A DNA stretch of 32,000 bases, from positions 1,710,001 to 1,742,000 of the forward strand of contig NC_014972.1 in assembly GCF_000186885.1 (NCBI RefSeq). The letters run 5' to 3'. Source of the stretch: Desulfobulbus propionicus DSM 2032. Lineage in GTDB: Bacteria > Desulfobacterota > Desulfobulbia > Desulfobulbales > Desulfobulbaceae. Below are positions 10,474 to 18,505 of the stretch, in pieces (positions within the stretch are counted from its first letter, which is position 1; each line of letters opens with the position of its first letter). The notes below the pieces were generated by a model that was given only the letters and a program-made list of their open reading frames with translations, was not told the DNA's origin and did not search any database. The position numbers and the translations under genes are program-made.

Positions 10474-11946
10474 ATGTATGTACCACATTGCAAATACGAT
10501 ATTTTTATCAGTTACGCCCACGTTGACGACCTCCCCTTTCCCGGCTCATCCGCCGGCCATGCAAGAGGGTGGGTGACCACCTTTGTCGGTTGCCTCAAGA
10601 CCAGGCTCGCGCAAAAATTGGGCCGCAGCGATGCCTATTCCTTGTGGATGGATCATGAAATGGAAAGCTGGCCTTACATTTCGCAACAGTTGCTCAGCAA
10701 TATTCGTGATTCAGCCAGCTTGGTGGTCGTCCTCTCGCCCGGCTATGTGGCTTCACCGTGGTGCCAGCGGGAGCGCAACGCCTTTTTGGCTCTCCTGGAG
10801 GAACATGTGGCCCGTCCGGTGTTCCTTGTCGAACGGGAACGAGTGGAGGACGAGTTTCCCGCGGAACTGATGGATCGCAAGATTTTCCGCTTTTGGGTTC
10901 AGGAGCGCGAGGGCAAGGCACCGCGCATTCTGGGCGTTCCCTGCCCTGATCCGGCTGATCACGAATATTACAACCAGATCGATGACCTGTGTCAGGACAT
11001 CGCGACCAATCTGAAACGTCTCAGGGGTGCCGGTGGGGCGGTCACCGCTCTTGCCGCATCCTCTCCATCCAGCCTCGCGCCGGCCATGGCTCCCAGAGGA
11101 AGGGTATATCTCGCCCAGGTCACCGACGACCTTGATCTCCAGCGCAACAGTGTCAAGCGGTATCTGGAACAGGCCGGGGTGGAGGTGCTGCCGGCCACCT
11201 GGTATTCCCAGGATCCCAAGATCTTTCGCGCTCACGCCGAACAAGATCTTGAACGTTGCGACCTGTTCGTGCAACTGATCAGCGAGACAGCGGGCAAGAG
11301 ACCGGAAGACCTGCCCCAGGGGTATCCGCAGTTTCAGTTGGAGCTGGCCCTGGCAACCGATAAGCCCATTCTCCAGTGGCGAAACCCGACATTGGATTGT
11401 GCAGCCATCGAGGATAAGGCGCACCAGGCGTTTCTAACGGCAACAACGGTACGCTCCGAGGGGCTGGAAGATTTCAAAGGCGAGATCCTCAGGCGGCTGG
11501 TTACTCCGCCTGTGACTCACGGGTTGAAGAAGAGCGTCTATGTATTCGTGGACATGGAATCGGCGGATCGCCCTTTTGCCGAGCAGATCTGCGATATCCT
11601 CGATCGGTACGGCGCGGAATACGTACTGCCGGTGCAGAGCGACAATCCAACGGAAAACCGGCACGACCTGGAGCAGAATCTGGTCGAATGCGACGCGCTC
11701 ATCGTGATCTATGGCAGCGCGACCAAAACCTGGGTGCGCGGCCAATTGCAGGAAGCCCGCAAATCGGTCGCCTTGCGGAAAACGCCGCTGCGCGCCCTGG
11801 CCGTGTTTGAAGGGCCGCCCGAGGAAAAGGCGCCGCTGGACATGAAAATCCAGGGAATGCAGGTGCTCGATCATCGCAAGGGCATCAACGAACACCAGGT
11901 GCGGCAATTTCTTGACAGCCTGGTGGTGGCGGAGGCCGGCTCATGA
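10474..11946 (+). CDS. TIR-domain protein with two additional TIR/DUF4062-like Rossmannoid modules (490 aa)
   Basis: The homologous part starts at MYVPHCKYDIFISYAHVDD. The TIR-type block LVVVLSPGYVASPWCQRERNAFL keeps the Glu at the position of the TIR catalytic glutamate. Second module: RVYLAQV...LERCDLFVQLIS...KPILQW. Third module: VYVFVDME...LVECDALIVIYGS. The track ORF start at 10156 would run through the AT-rich promoter region and is rejected. Confidence 0.8.
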   Translation: MYVPHCKYDIFISYAHVDDLPFPGSSAGHARGWVTTFVGCLKTRLAQKLGRSDAYSLWMDHEMESWPYISQQLLSNIRDSASLVVVLSPGYVASPWCQRERNAFLALLEEHVARPVFLVERERVEDEFPAELMDRKIFRFWVQEREGKAPRILGVPCPDPADHEYYNQIDDLCQDIATNLKRLRGAGGAVTALAASSPSSLAPAMAPRGRVYLAQVTDDLDLQRNSVKRYLEQAGVEVLPATWYSQDPKIFRAHAEQDLERCDLFVQLISETAGKRPEDLPQGYPQFQLELALATDKPILQWRNPTLDCAAIEDKAHQAFLTATTVRSEGLEDFKGEILRRLVTPPVTHGLKKSVYVFVDMESADRPFAEQICDILDRYGAEYVLPVQSDNPTENRHDLEQNLVECDALIVIYGSATKTWVRGQLQEARKSVALRKTPLRALAVFEGPPEEKAPLDMKIQGMQVLDHRKGINEHQVRQFLDSLVVAEAGS

Positions 11947-14900
11947 GCACACGTCAACCGTACCCCGGCTTGCGCCCCTTTGACCGCGACGAGGCCGACA
12001 TCTTTTTTGGCCGGGAAGAACAGACCGACGATCTGCTCAGCCGCCTCAACGCCAGCCGTTTTCTCGCCATTGTCGGCACGTCCGGATGCGGCAAGTCGTC
12101 CCTGGTCCGCGCCGGCATGATTCCCGCCCTGGAGACCGGTTTCATGGCCGCCGCTGGCTCACGCTGGCAGTTCGTGCAGATGCGGCCGGGCAGCCACCCG
12201 ATCTGCAGATTGGCCACCGCCCTGGTCGACGAGGCGGAGCTGTTGCACGAGGGAGAGGAGCGATCGCAGGCCTTGGGATTCCTCAACGCGGCTCTGCGGC
12301 GGGGGCCAATGGGCCTGATTGACGCCTTGCGCCACACCCCGTTGCCGCCCCACACCAACCTGTTGATCCTGGTCGATCAGTTCGAGGAAATTTTTCGCTT
12401 CCGCCGGGAGGGAGACCGGGACGAGGCCGATGCCTTCGTGGCGCTGCTGCTGGCCAGCGCGCAACAACGCGATCTGCCGGTGTATGTCGTTTTGACCATG
12501 CGCTCCGATTTCATCGGCAGCTGCGCCCTGTTCAACGGTCTGCCCGAAGCGCTCAATCAGAGCCAATACTTGACTCCCCGCTTGAGCCGTGAACAACAAC
12601 ACATGGCCATTGTTGGCCCGGCACGCGTGTTCGGCGGCGAGGTGGAACCGGAACTGGTCAACGCGCTGCTCAACGCGATGGGCACGGACCCGGATCAACT
12701 GCCGCTGCTCCAGCATTTGCTGATGCGGTTGTGGCATGTTGCCGGATCGGTGCCACCGTCGTCTCCCGGTACGCCTTATCCAGGGGATGGTTCGTCGACA
12801 CGGCTGTTGACCATGGACGACTATGAAGCGGTCGGCGGTTTGCAGCAGGCCCTCTCCAACCATCTCAACGAGGCGTATGGGGAGCTGGACGGCAACCAGC
12901 GGCAGGCGGCCGAGATTCTGTTTCGTCGCCTGTCCGAACGAGGAACGGAACAGCGCGACATCCGCCGGCCCACGGTGTGCGTGGAGATAGAAGAGCTGAT
13001 CGGTATCCGCCATGACCAACTGGTTGCCGTGGTGGAGATCTTCCGCGCCCCTGATCGCAGTTTCCTTACCCCGCGGCAGCCAGAAGAGATTTTTCCCAAT
13101 ACCGTGCTGGATATCGCCCATGAATGCCTGATCCGCCAGTGGGACCGGTTGCGCGGCTGGGCAAGGGAGGAAGCGCGGTCGGCGGAAACCTACCGTCTTC
13201 TCGAACGGGCGGCGCAGCGCAAGGAAGAAGGCGAGGGCGGGTTTTATCGTCCCCCTGAATTGGAGGCAGCCCTGGCCTGGAGGGAACGGGAACAGCCTTC
13301 TCCGGTCTGGGCTCGGCGCTACGGCGGCGATTTTGCGCAGGCCATGCGGTTTTTAGCTGAAAGCGAGCAGGTCCACCGGTCCGAAGAAGCCCGGGCGGAA
13401 GAACGCCGGCGCAAGGAACTGCGCCGAAACCGCGTGCTCGCATGGGCCGGGGGGATGGCCACCGTCCTGCTGCTTGCCTTCATCGGCTTTTCGTCGTTGA
13501 ATTGGGTGGTTCCTCACCGCATCTACTGCAAGGACTTCACCAAACAATGGGGGAAGATCGTCCCCATCGGCCGCTTGCCTTCCTCGGCGGTCAGCCATCG
13601 ATCATGGACCATTCGCCTGACCAGCAAGGGCTGGAGCGGTGACATCCGAACCATGGAAGTGATCGATGCCCGCCATCAGCTCACTCCCAACCATTTCATC
13701 GGCACCTATTTGACCGACGCAAGACTGGTCACAACCCGGCAGGAAAAAGAATCGCGCTATGAATTGGCCTTTGACCGCGCCGGCCGGGTGGTTTCCGAGA
13801 CTGCCTTCGATCGGTTTGGCCGGATGGTCTGGGGCGCGGTGCACGCTCCGTATACCGAAGCGGAAGGGGTCCGGCCAACATCGACCCGGGCCACCTACCT
13901 GGGGCCGGATGGTCATCCTCAGCCGCAGGGTCGAAGTCGGGCCGAGTTTGTTGCAATTCGCTACGACACGAATGGCTTTGAGGAGGAATTGCGCTACACG
14001 GACCGGCAAGGCCGACCCATGCCGGGCCCAGACAACGCATTCGGCCAACAACGAATCTACGACAGCCGGGGACGGGAAATCCGCCGAACCTCGCTCAATG
14101 AGCGCGGACAGCCGATGGTCGACAAGGTGGGCAATGCAGTGGCTGAAGTTGACTATGACCCTGAAGACAATATTGTTGCGTCACGATTCCTCGACACCGC
14201 CAATCAGCCGACCCTGGTCAATGCCGACTATGCCAGCACCCGACTGGCTTATGACCGGTGGGGGCGGATGACCGAGCAGCGATTCTTTGGCTTGCGTGGC
14301 GAACCCGTCGTGGAGACGGGGCAGACCGGCGCCCACTGGATTGTCTGGCAATACGACGACCGGGGCAACGTCACCCATATCCGTCTGTACGATGCAGCCG
14401 ATGCGCCCATGGTCGGCGGCAAGGGGTATTTTGATTTTCCCGCCTTTGAGCAGCGTGCGTCCTTCACCGAACACAATCGTTTGAAAACGGTTGCCTACTT
14501 CGATCAAGGCAACGCTCCACTGACCGGCCCCGAAGGCTGGCATGGCTACCGGATCGAGTATGATCAGCGCGGCTTTGTCGCCCAAATCAGCTATTTCGAT
14601 CAAAACCTCAAGCCGGTCAACCTGCGCTCGTTCGGCTGGTCGCATTGGGCACGGGTGAACAATGCTTTTGGCCAGCCTCTTGAAGAACGGTTTTTCGACC
14701 AGGACAACCAGCCGGTGACCACGCTTGACGGCGGCTATCACCTGCGCAGGAACGCATACGATCCGGCTGGCAACTGTATTGCGCAAACTCATTTCGACGT
14801 GGACGATCAACCCGTGGCCGACAAAACCAACGGAGCTCACCGAGTGGCAACCGAGTTTGACCGTTTTCGCAATCCGGTCATGGTCGAGTATTTTGCTGCT

Positions 14901-16085
14901 GGGGACATGCGGATCAATACGAACCAGGGGGTGCATCGGCAGCAATCGACCTACGATGACTACGGCGGGCTGACGGACAGCAGTTGGTACGACAAGGACA
15001 ACCGCCCTGCCAATGGACCAGACGGCGTGCATCATGTTGCCTATGCCTACGATCAGCGGGGGATGATAACCCGCATGGAACGATACGATGCCAAGGGGCA
15101 GCCGGCTGTCGGCAAGGATGGCATGCATAAGGTGGTGTACGACCATAACGACAAAGGCCAGGAAATCAAATGGCAGGCGTTTGCTCTGGACGACAAACCG
15201 GCGGAAGACTCCGAGGGCAACCATCTGGCGATCAACGAGTTTGACCCGTGCGGCCGCGAGATCCGCAGTACCCGGTTGCGGGCGGATAACAGCCCCAACT
15301 GGGACCGCCAGTTGGGAATCGCCACCCGAAAACAGGTGTGGGACCGAGAAAACCGCTGGATCGAGCAGGCCTATTACGATGCCGAGGAACATTTGGTCAT
15401 GGGGCCGTTCGGGGCCGCCAGACAAATTGCTGTCTATCAGGCCGATGGCCGCGAGGAAATTCACCGCCATTTTGGAGCGAACGGCCAACTCGTCTACAAC
15501 CCGTTGGTCGGATATGCCGAGTTGCGCCTTCGTCGGGGCGATAACCACACCCTGTTGAGCGTGACCTTTTGGGGGTCAGATGGTTCCCCGATCAATGGTC
15601 CCCATGGCTATCATCGCGCCCAACAAGCGGAGGGATCATCGGAGGACAAGCGTTATTTCGATGCCCAGAACCATGAATGGCCCGCGCTGAGTCCGGAGGC
15701 CGCTGTTCCCATCATCTACATTACCGAGATCACCGACATCAAACAGCCCGCCGCCAAAGCCGGTCTGCACGCCGGCGACGTGTTGTGGCAATACGGCGAT
15801 TGGTCGTTTGCCGGTGCCCTGGAGGCAGAACGTGCTCAGGGGAACACGACCGACCCGGTCTTGCAGGTATGGCAAGCTTTTTGGGACGAAGTCGCATACT
15901 GGTTCTGGAGAGAGGACCCAGAGGGGTCGGTGACCGTGCCGGTGATCGTGATTCGCGATGGGCAACCCGAGCGCTTGACTCTTTCGCCGCTTCCGCAAGA
16001 TTTCGACCGTACCGGGCTGCGTTGCGATCAGCGGATGGTACCGAGTGCCTTGTTCGAGGCATGGAAAGCCGCAGCGGCAAAGTAA
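11943..16085 (+). CDS. Membrane-anchored STAND-type P-loop NTPase with YD-like repeat array and C-terminal PDZ-like domain (1380 aa)
   Basis: The N-terminus PYPGLRPFDRDEADIFFGREEQ, Walker A GTSGCGKSS, Walker B LLILVDQFEE, TMRSDF and LPLLQHLLMRLW form the pattern of 'novel STAND' (nSTAND-like) NTPases. GGAGG lies 7 nt upstream, and the ATG overlaps the TIR gene stop (ATGA 11943-11946). Confidence 0.8.
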   Translation: MSTRQPYPGLRPFDRDEADIFFGREEQTDDLLSRLNASRFLAIVGTSGCGKSSLVRAGMIPALETGFMAAAGSRWQFVQMRPGSHPICRLATALVDEAELLHEGEERSQALGFLNAALRRGPMGLIDALRHTPLPPHTNLLILVDQFEEIFRFRREGDRDEADAFVALLLASAQQRDLPVYVVLTMRSDFIGSCALFNGLPEALNQSQYLTPRLSREQQHMAIVGPARVFGGEVEPELVNALLNAMGTDPDQLPLLQHLLMRLWHVAGSVPPSSPGTPYPGDGSSTRLLTMDDYEAVGGLQQALSNHLNEAYGELDGNQRQAAEILFRRLSERGTEQRDIRRPTVCVEIEELIGIRHDQLVAVVEIFRAPDRSFLTPRQPEEIFPNTVLDIAHECLIRQWDRLRGWAREEARSAETYRLLERAAQRKEEGEGGFYRPPELEAALAWREREQPSPVWARRYGGDFAQAMRFLAESEQVHRSEEARAEERRRKELRRNRVLAWAGGMATVLLLAFIGFSSLNWVVPHRIYCKDFTKQWGKIVPIGRLPSSAVSHRSWTIRLTSKGWSGDIRTMEVIDARHQLTPNHFIGTYLTDARLVTTRQEKESRYELAFDRAGRVVSETAFDRFGRMVWGAVHAPYTEAEGVRPTSTRATYLGPDGHPQPQGRSRAEFVAIRYDTNGFEEELRYTDRQGRPMPGPDNAFGQQRIYDSRGREIRRTSLNERGQPMVDKVGNAVAEVDYDPEDNIVASRFLDTANQPTLVNADYASTRLAYDRWGRMTEQRFFGLRGEPVVETGQTGAHWIVWQYDDRGNVTHIRLYDAADAPMVGGKGYFDFPAFEQRASFTEHNRLKTVAYFDQGNAPLTGPEGWHGYRIEYDQRGFVAQISYFDQNLKPVNLRSFGWSHWARVNNAFGQPLEERFFDQDNQPVTTLDGGYHLRRNAYDPAGNCIAQTHFDVDDQPVADKTNGAHRVATEFDRFRNPVMVEYFAAGDMRINTNQGVHRQQSTYDDYGGLTDSSWYDKDNRPANGPDGVHHVAYAYDQRGMITRMERYDAKGQPAVGKDGMHKVVYDHNDKGQEIKWQAFALDDKPAEDSEGNHLAINEFDPCGREIRSTRLRADNSPNWDRQLGIATRKQVWDRENRWIEQAYYDAEEHLVMGPFGAARQIAVYQADGREEIHRHFGANGQLVYNPLVGYAELRLRRGDNHTLLSVTFWGSDGSPINGPHGYHRAQQAEGSSEDKRYFDAQNHEWPALSPEAAVPIIYITEITDIKQPAAKAGLHAGDVLWQYGDWSFAGALEAERAQGNTTDPVLQVWQAFWDEVAYWFWREDPEGSVTVPVIVIRDGQPERLTLSPLPQDFDRTGLRCDQRMVPSALFEAWKAAAAK
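13434..13511 (+). other. Predicted single transmembrane helix within the STAND protein
   Basis: VLAWAGGMATVLLLAFIGFSSLNWVV (about aa 498-523) is preceded by the basic stretch EERRRKELRRNR. The positive-inside rule places the NTPase in the cytoplasm. Prediction by eye only. Confidence 0.55.
13756..15680 (+). other. Protein-level array of about 18-20 degenerate ~32-33-aa YD/RHS-like repeats
   Basis: Recurrent pattern [YF][YF]D-x4-P-x5-G-x-H-x5-YD-x2-G-x7. Example units: YFDQGNAPLTGPEGWHGYRIEYDQRGFVAQIS, FFDQDNQPVTTLDGGYHLRRNAYDPAGNCIAQT, WYDKDNRPANGPDGVHHVAYAYDQRGMITRME, RYDAKGQPAVGKDGMHKVVYDHNDKGQEIKWQ. There is no DNA-level repetition. Confidence 0.65.
15705..15990 (+). other. PDZ-like domain at the C-terminus of the STAND protein
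   Basis: IIYITEITDIKQPAAKAGLHAGDVLWQYGDWSF ... VPVIVIRDGQPERLTLSP resembles the PDZ signature (xPAxxAGLxxGDhI ... V.V.R.G). Assignment by eye. Confidence 0.5.
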
Positions 16086-16238
16086 CCGGCTCGCCCTCGC
16101 CTTGACGGGGAAAAGCACTGCTCTTTCCCTCTCCCTCGCCGTGCTTGAGCCGCTGGTCATCCGTGGCCGATCCGCCGCCAGTGTCTGGCCGGCGATCGGT
16201 CGTCCCTCAAGCCAGTCAGGGTTTCCGCTGCTGGATCA

Positions 16239-16268
16239 TTGACGCTTGCTGCCCGCTTTTGTTAGTAT
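16239..16268 (+). promoter_or_regulatory. Candidate sigma70-type promoter of the sulfatase-family gene
   Basis: TTGACG (16239-16244), an 18-nt spacer, then TAGTAT (16263-16268), about 75 nt upstream of the GTG start. Sequence match only. Confidence 0.3.
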
Positions 16269-16342
16269 TGCGTTAGCAACCCGTTTTCATCCTTGATCAT
16301 TTTCCGCCTTGCATCGCCGCGTTTCCGCTGGAGTTCCCGTTT

Positions 16343-18460
16343 GTGAAAAATATTATCGCCTCCTTCTTTCTGCTCATCGCCTGTTTTTTGCCCGCGGTCT
16401 GGCGGCTGGTCTACCAGGGATTGGGGGAACCCATTGGCCTGCTGTCCGACCTCGGCTGTGGCCTGGGCATTCTGCTGCTCTCCCTGTTCAGCCCCCATTG
16501 GGTCCGCATCCCGGTGCTGATTCTCTGGGTATTGGCCCAGGCAGCGGCCCGCGAGCTGATCCTCACCATGCAGCGGCTGCCCAATTGGCAGGATTTGCAA
16601 TACCTGGCCGATCCCGAGTTCATCGCCAACAGCACCTCCGGATTCAATCTATCGTCCCCCTATCTGATCGGTGTGTTCATCCTCTCCACGCTGCTGGCCT
16701 GCTGCTTTCCAACCAGACGGCCAGGACGGCAATGGCTGCTGCGGGGCAGCGCGGTGTGTGTGGCCCTGCTGCTCGCCCATACCGTGGTGAACAGCCGGTT
16801 CGACAAGCAGAGCGTCATTGCCCGCTACAATCCCATGCACTGGTTCGCCGTCGACAGTCTGACCTCGGCGCTGCAGCGGCAATCCCTGCCCGATGCGGCC
16901 AGTCTGCCCACGGGCCTCAACGAGCTGGAGCTCGACGCCCCCTCCCTGCTCGCCAAGAAGGGCAGGGCCAAGAATGTGCTCATCGTCATTCTCGAAGGCA
17001 TTCCAGGCATGTACCATCCGGAAATCGGCAAGACGATGAACATGGCTTCCACGGACATCGAGATGCACCGTCTGGCCGCGGCCACCAGCGAGGCCATGCT
17101 GATTCCCGATTTCACCGCCCACAGCCACCAGACCATCCGCGGCCTCTACTCGATCCTGTGCGGCGATTTCAGCAAGCTGTCCTGGGACACGCCCAAGGCC
17201 TTTGAACTCCAGTCCAACCCGGCCCGCGCCCAGGACTGCCTGCCTTCCCTGATGAGTCAGTTCGGCTGGTCCACCCATTTTCTCCAGGCCGCTGGCCTTG
17301 GTTTCATGGGCAAGGACCGGATCATGCCGCGAATGGGCTTTCAGCAGGTGCACGGCACCGAGTGGTTCACCGAGCCCAATCCCTACCCGTTTGAATGGGG
17401 GGTGGTGGACAAGGTCTTCTTTCAGGGCGCGGCCAAGTATATTGCCCAGCTGCGCGCCAAGAAGCACCCCTGGATGCTGACCTTGCTGACCGTGGGCACC
17501 CATCAGCCCTATGCCGTGCCGGACGATGTCGCCAGCCATTTTGGTTCGCGGAAAGATGCCACCGTGGATCTGCTCGACCAGGCGGTGGCCGAGTTTATCG
17601 AGCAACTGCGCCGGGATGGCGTGCTCAAGGATACCCTGGTGATCATCACCTCGGATGAATCCCACGGCTCGCCCTTGGCTGATTGGGTGAGCAGCTGGGG
17701 ACTCGGCATGGTGTTGGCGCCGGAACAAAAACGGCTGCCGAGGATCAAGGAAGGCGGCTTCGGTCTGGTGGACATCACGGCCTCGGTGCTCGATTACCTG
17801 CAGGTCAAGATGCCGCCGACCCTGATCGGCCGCAGTTTTTTCCGCGTCTACGACACGCCACGGGAGATGGTCTCCTATACCACCTCGAAACGGCGCTGGC
17901 ATACCGTCGACAACCGGCGCTACGAGTGTGCCGATGACGGTCGCTGCCGCGTGGGCACGGCCCCAAGCCTGCTCGGTCCGCCGCCGGCCGAGTTTGTCGC
18001 CGACCGTGACGGCGGTCCGCGGCTGGCCGGCATTGCCCGTGTTCTGGATCAGAAGCTGCTCACCGACGAAACGACCAAGACTTTGCAGTTTGCCAACGGT
18101 GAACGGCGCAAACTGCCGGAAAAAATCACCAACGAATGGGGGGATAACCTGGTGGGGGCGCAATACCTCGATTTCCCGGCAAAATCAAAGGTGCAGGTGG
18201 CCATCCGCTATACCGCGCTCAAGGCGCCGCCCGCCGGCATCCAGCTCAAACTGCTGGTCAAGGAGTGGGAATACACCCAGCACGACATTCCCATCCCGGT
18301 CTTCCCGGTGGTGCACAAAGGCGAGGAGGGCGAGGTGGAGTTCGAGTTCGCCAATCCCAAGGCCCGCCAGTATTTTTCCTTTCACCTGCTGGGTGAAGGC
18401 AAGAATGCCGAGATTCGGATGGACGAGTTCAATGTGACCATCGACCAGGAGGAAGGATGA
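16343..18460 (+). CDS. Membrane-anchored sulfatase/alkaline-phosphatase superfamily enzyme (LtaS/OpgB/phosphoglycerol-transferase-like)
   Basis: GTG start. The N-terminal ~170 aa has several hydrophobic helices. The catalytic domain has NVLIVILEGIPG, HSHQTIRGLYSILCG (putative Thr nucleophile), TVGTHQPY and IITSDESHG. An extra ~150-aa C-terminal region has no recognisable motif. Confidence 0.8.
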   Translation: MKNIIASFFLLIACFLPAVWRLVYQGLGEPIGLLSDLGCGLGILLLSLFSPHWVRIPVLILWVLAQAAARELILTMQRLPNWQDLQYLADPEFIANSTSGFNLSSPYLIGVFILSTLLACCFPTRRPGRQWLLRGSAVCVALLLAHTVVNSRFDKQSVIARYNPMHWFAVDSLTSALQRQSLPDAASLPTGLNELELDAPSLLAKKGRAKNVLIVILEGIPGMYHPEIGKTMNMASTDIEMHRLAAATSEAMLIPDFTAHSHQTIRGLYSILCGDFSKLSWDTPKAFELQSNPARAQDCLPSLMSQFGWSTHFLQAAGLGFMGKDRIMPRMGFQQVHGTEWFTEPNPYPFEWGVVDKVFFQGAAKYIAQLRAKKHPWMLTLLTVGTHQPYAVPDDVASHFGSRKDATVDLLDQAVAEFIEQLRRDGVLKDTLVIITSDESHGSPLADWVSSWGLGMVLAPEQKRLPRIKEGGFGLVDITASVLDYLQVKMPPTLIGRSFFRVYDTPREMVSYTTSKRRWHTVDNRRYECADDGRCRVGTAPSLLGPPPAEFVADRDGGPRLAGIARVLDQKLLTDETTKTLQFANGERRKLPEKITNEWGDNLVGAQYLDFPAKSKVQVAIRYTALKAPPAGIQLKLLVKEWEYTQHDIPIPVFPVVHKGEEGEVEFEFANPKARQYFSFHLLGEGKNAEIRMDEFNVTIDQEEG

Positions 18461-18505
18461 CCCGGCTGTCTGGTTGGCCGACGGGGAGAGAGGCGCGGGC
18501 GGTGC

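Noticed and set aside
14181-15548. Long antisense ORFs opposite confident genes. Examples: 14181..15548 (-, 455 aa), 12159..13121 (-), 16649..18163 (-, 504 aa), 23974..25350 (-, 458 aa), 25302..26819 (-, 505 aa), 2836..4197 (+, 453 aa), 6337..7464 (-), 29035..30264 (-), 30320..31426 (+) and 19442..20128 (+).
   Set aside because: Each lies antisense to, or out of frame with, a gene that has clear family motifs. Their translations are Arg/Gly/Pro/Ala-rich low-complexity strings without motifs, as expected for stop-poor shadow frames in high-GC DNA.
16313-16342. A REP-like fragment, GCGTTTCCGCTGGAGTTCCCGTTTG, just upstream of the sulfatase gene start.
   Set aside because: It shares only the CGCTGGAG core and TTCCC with the REP consensus and cannot form the hairpin. 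It may be a decayed REP remnant but is not supportable.
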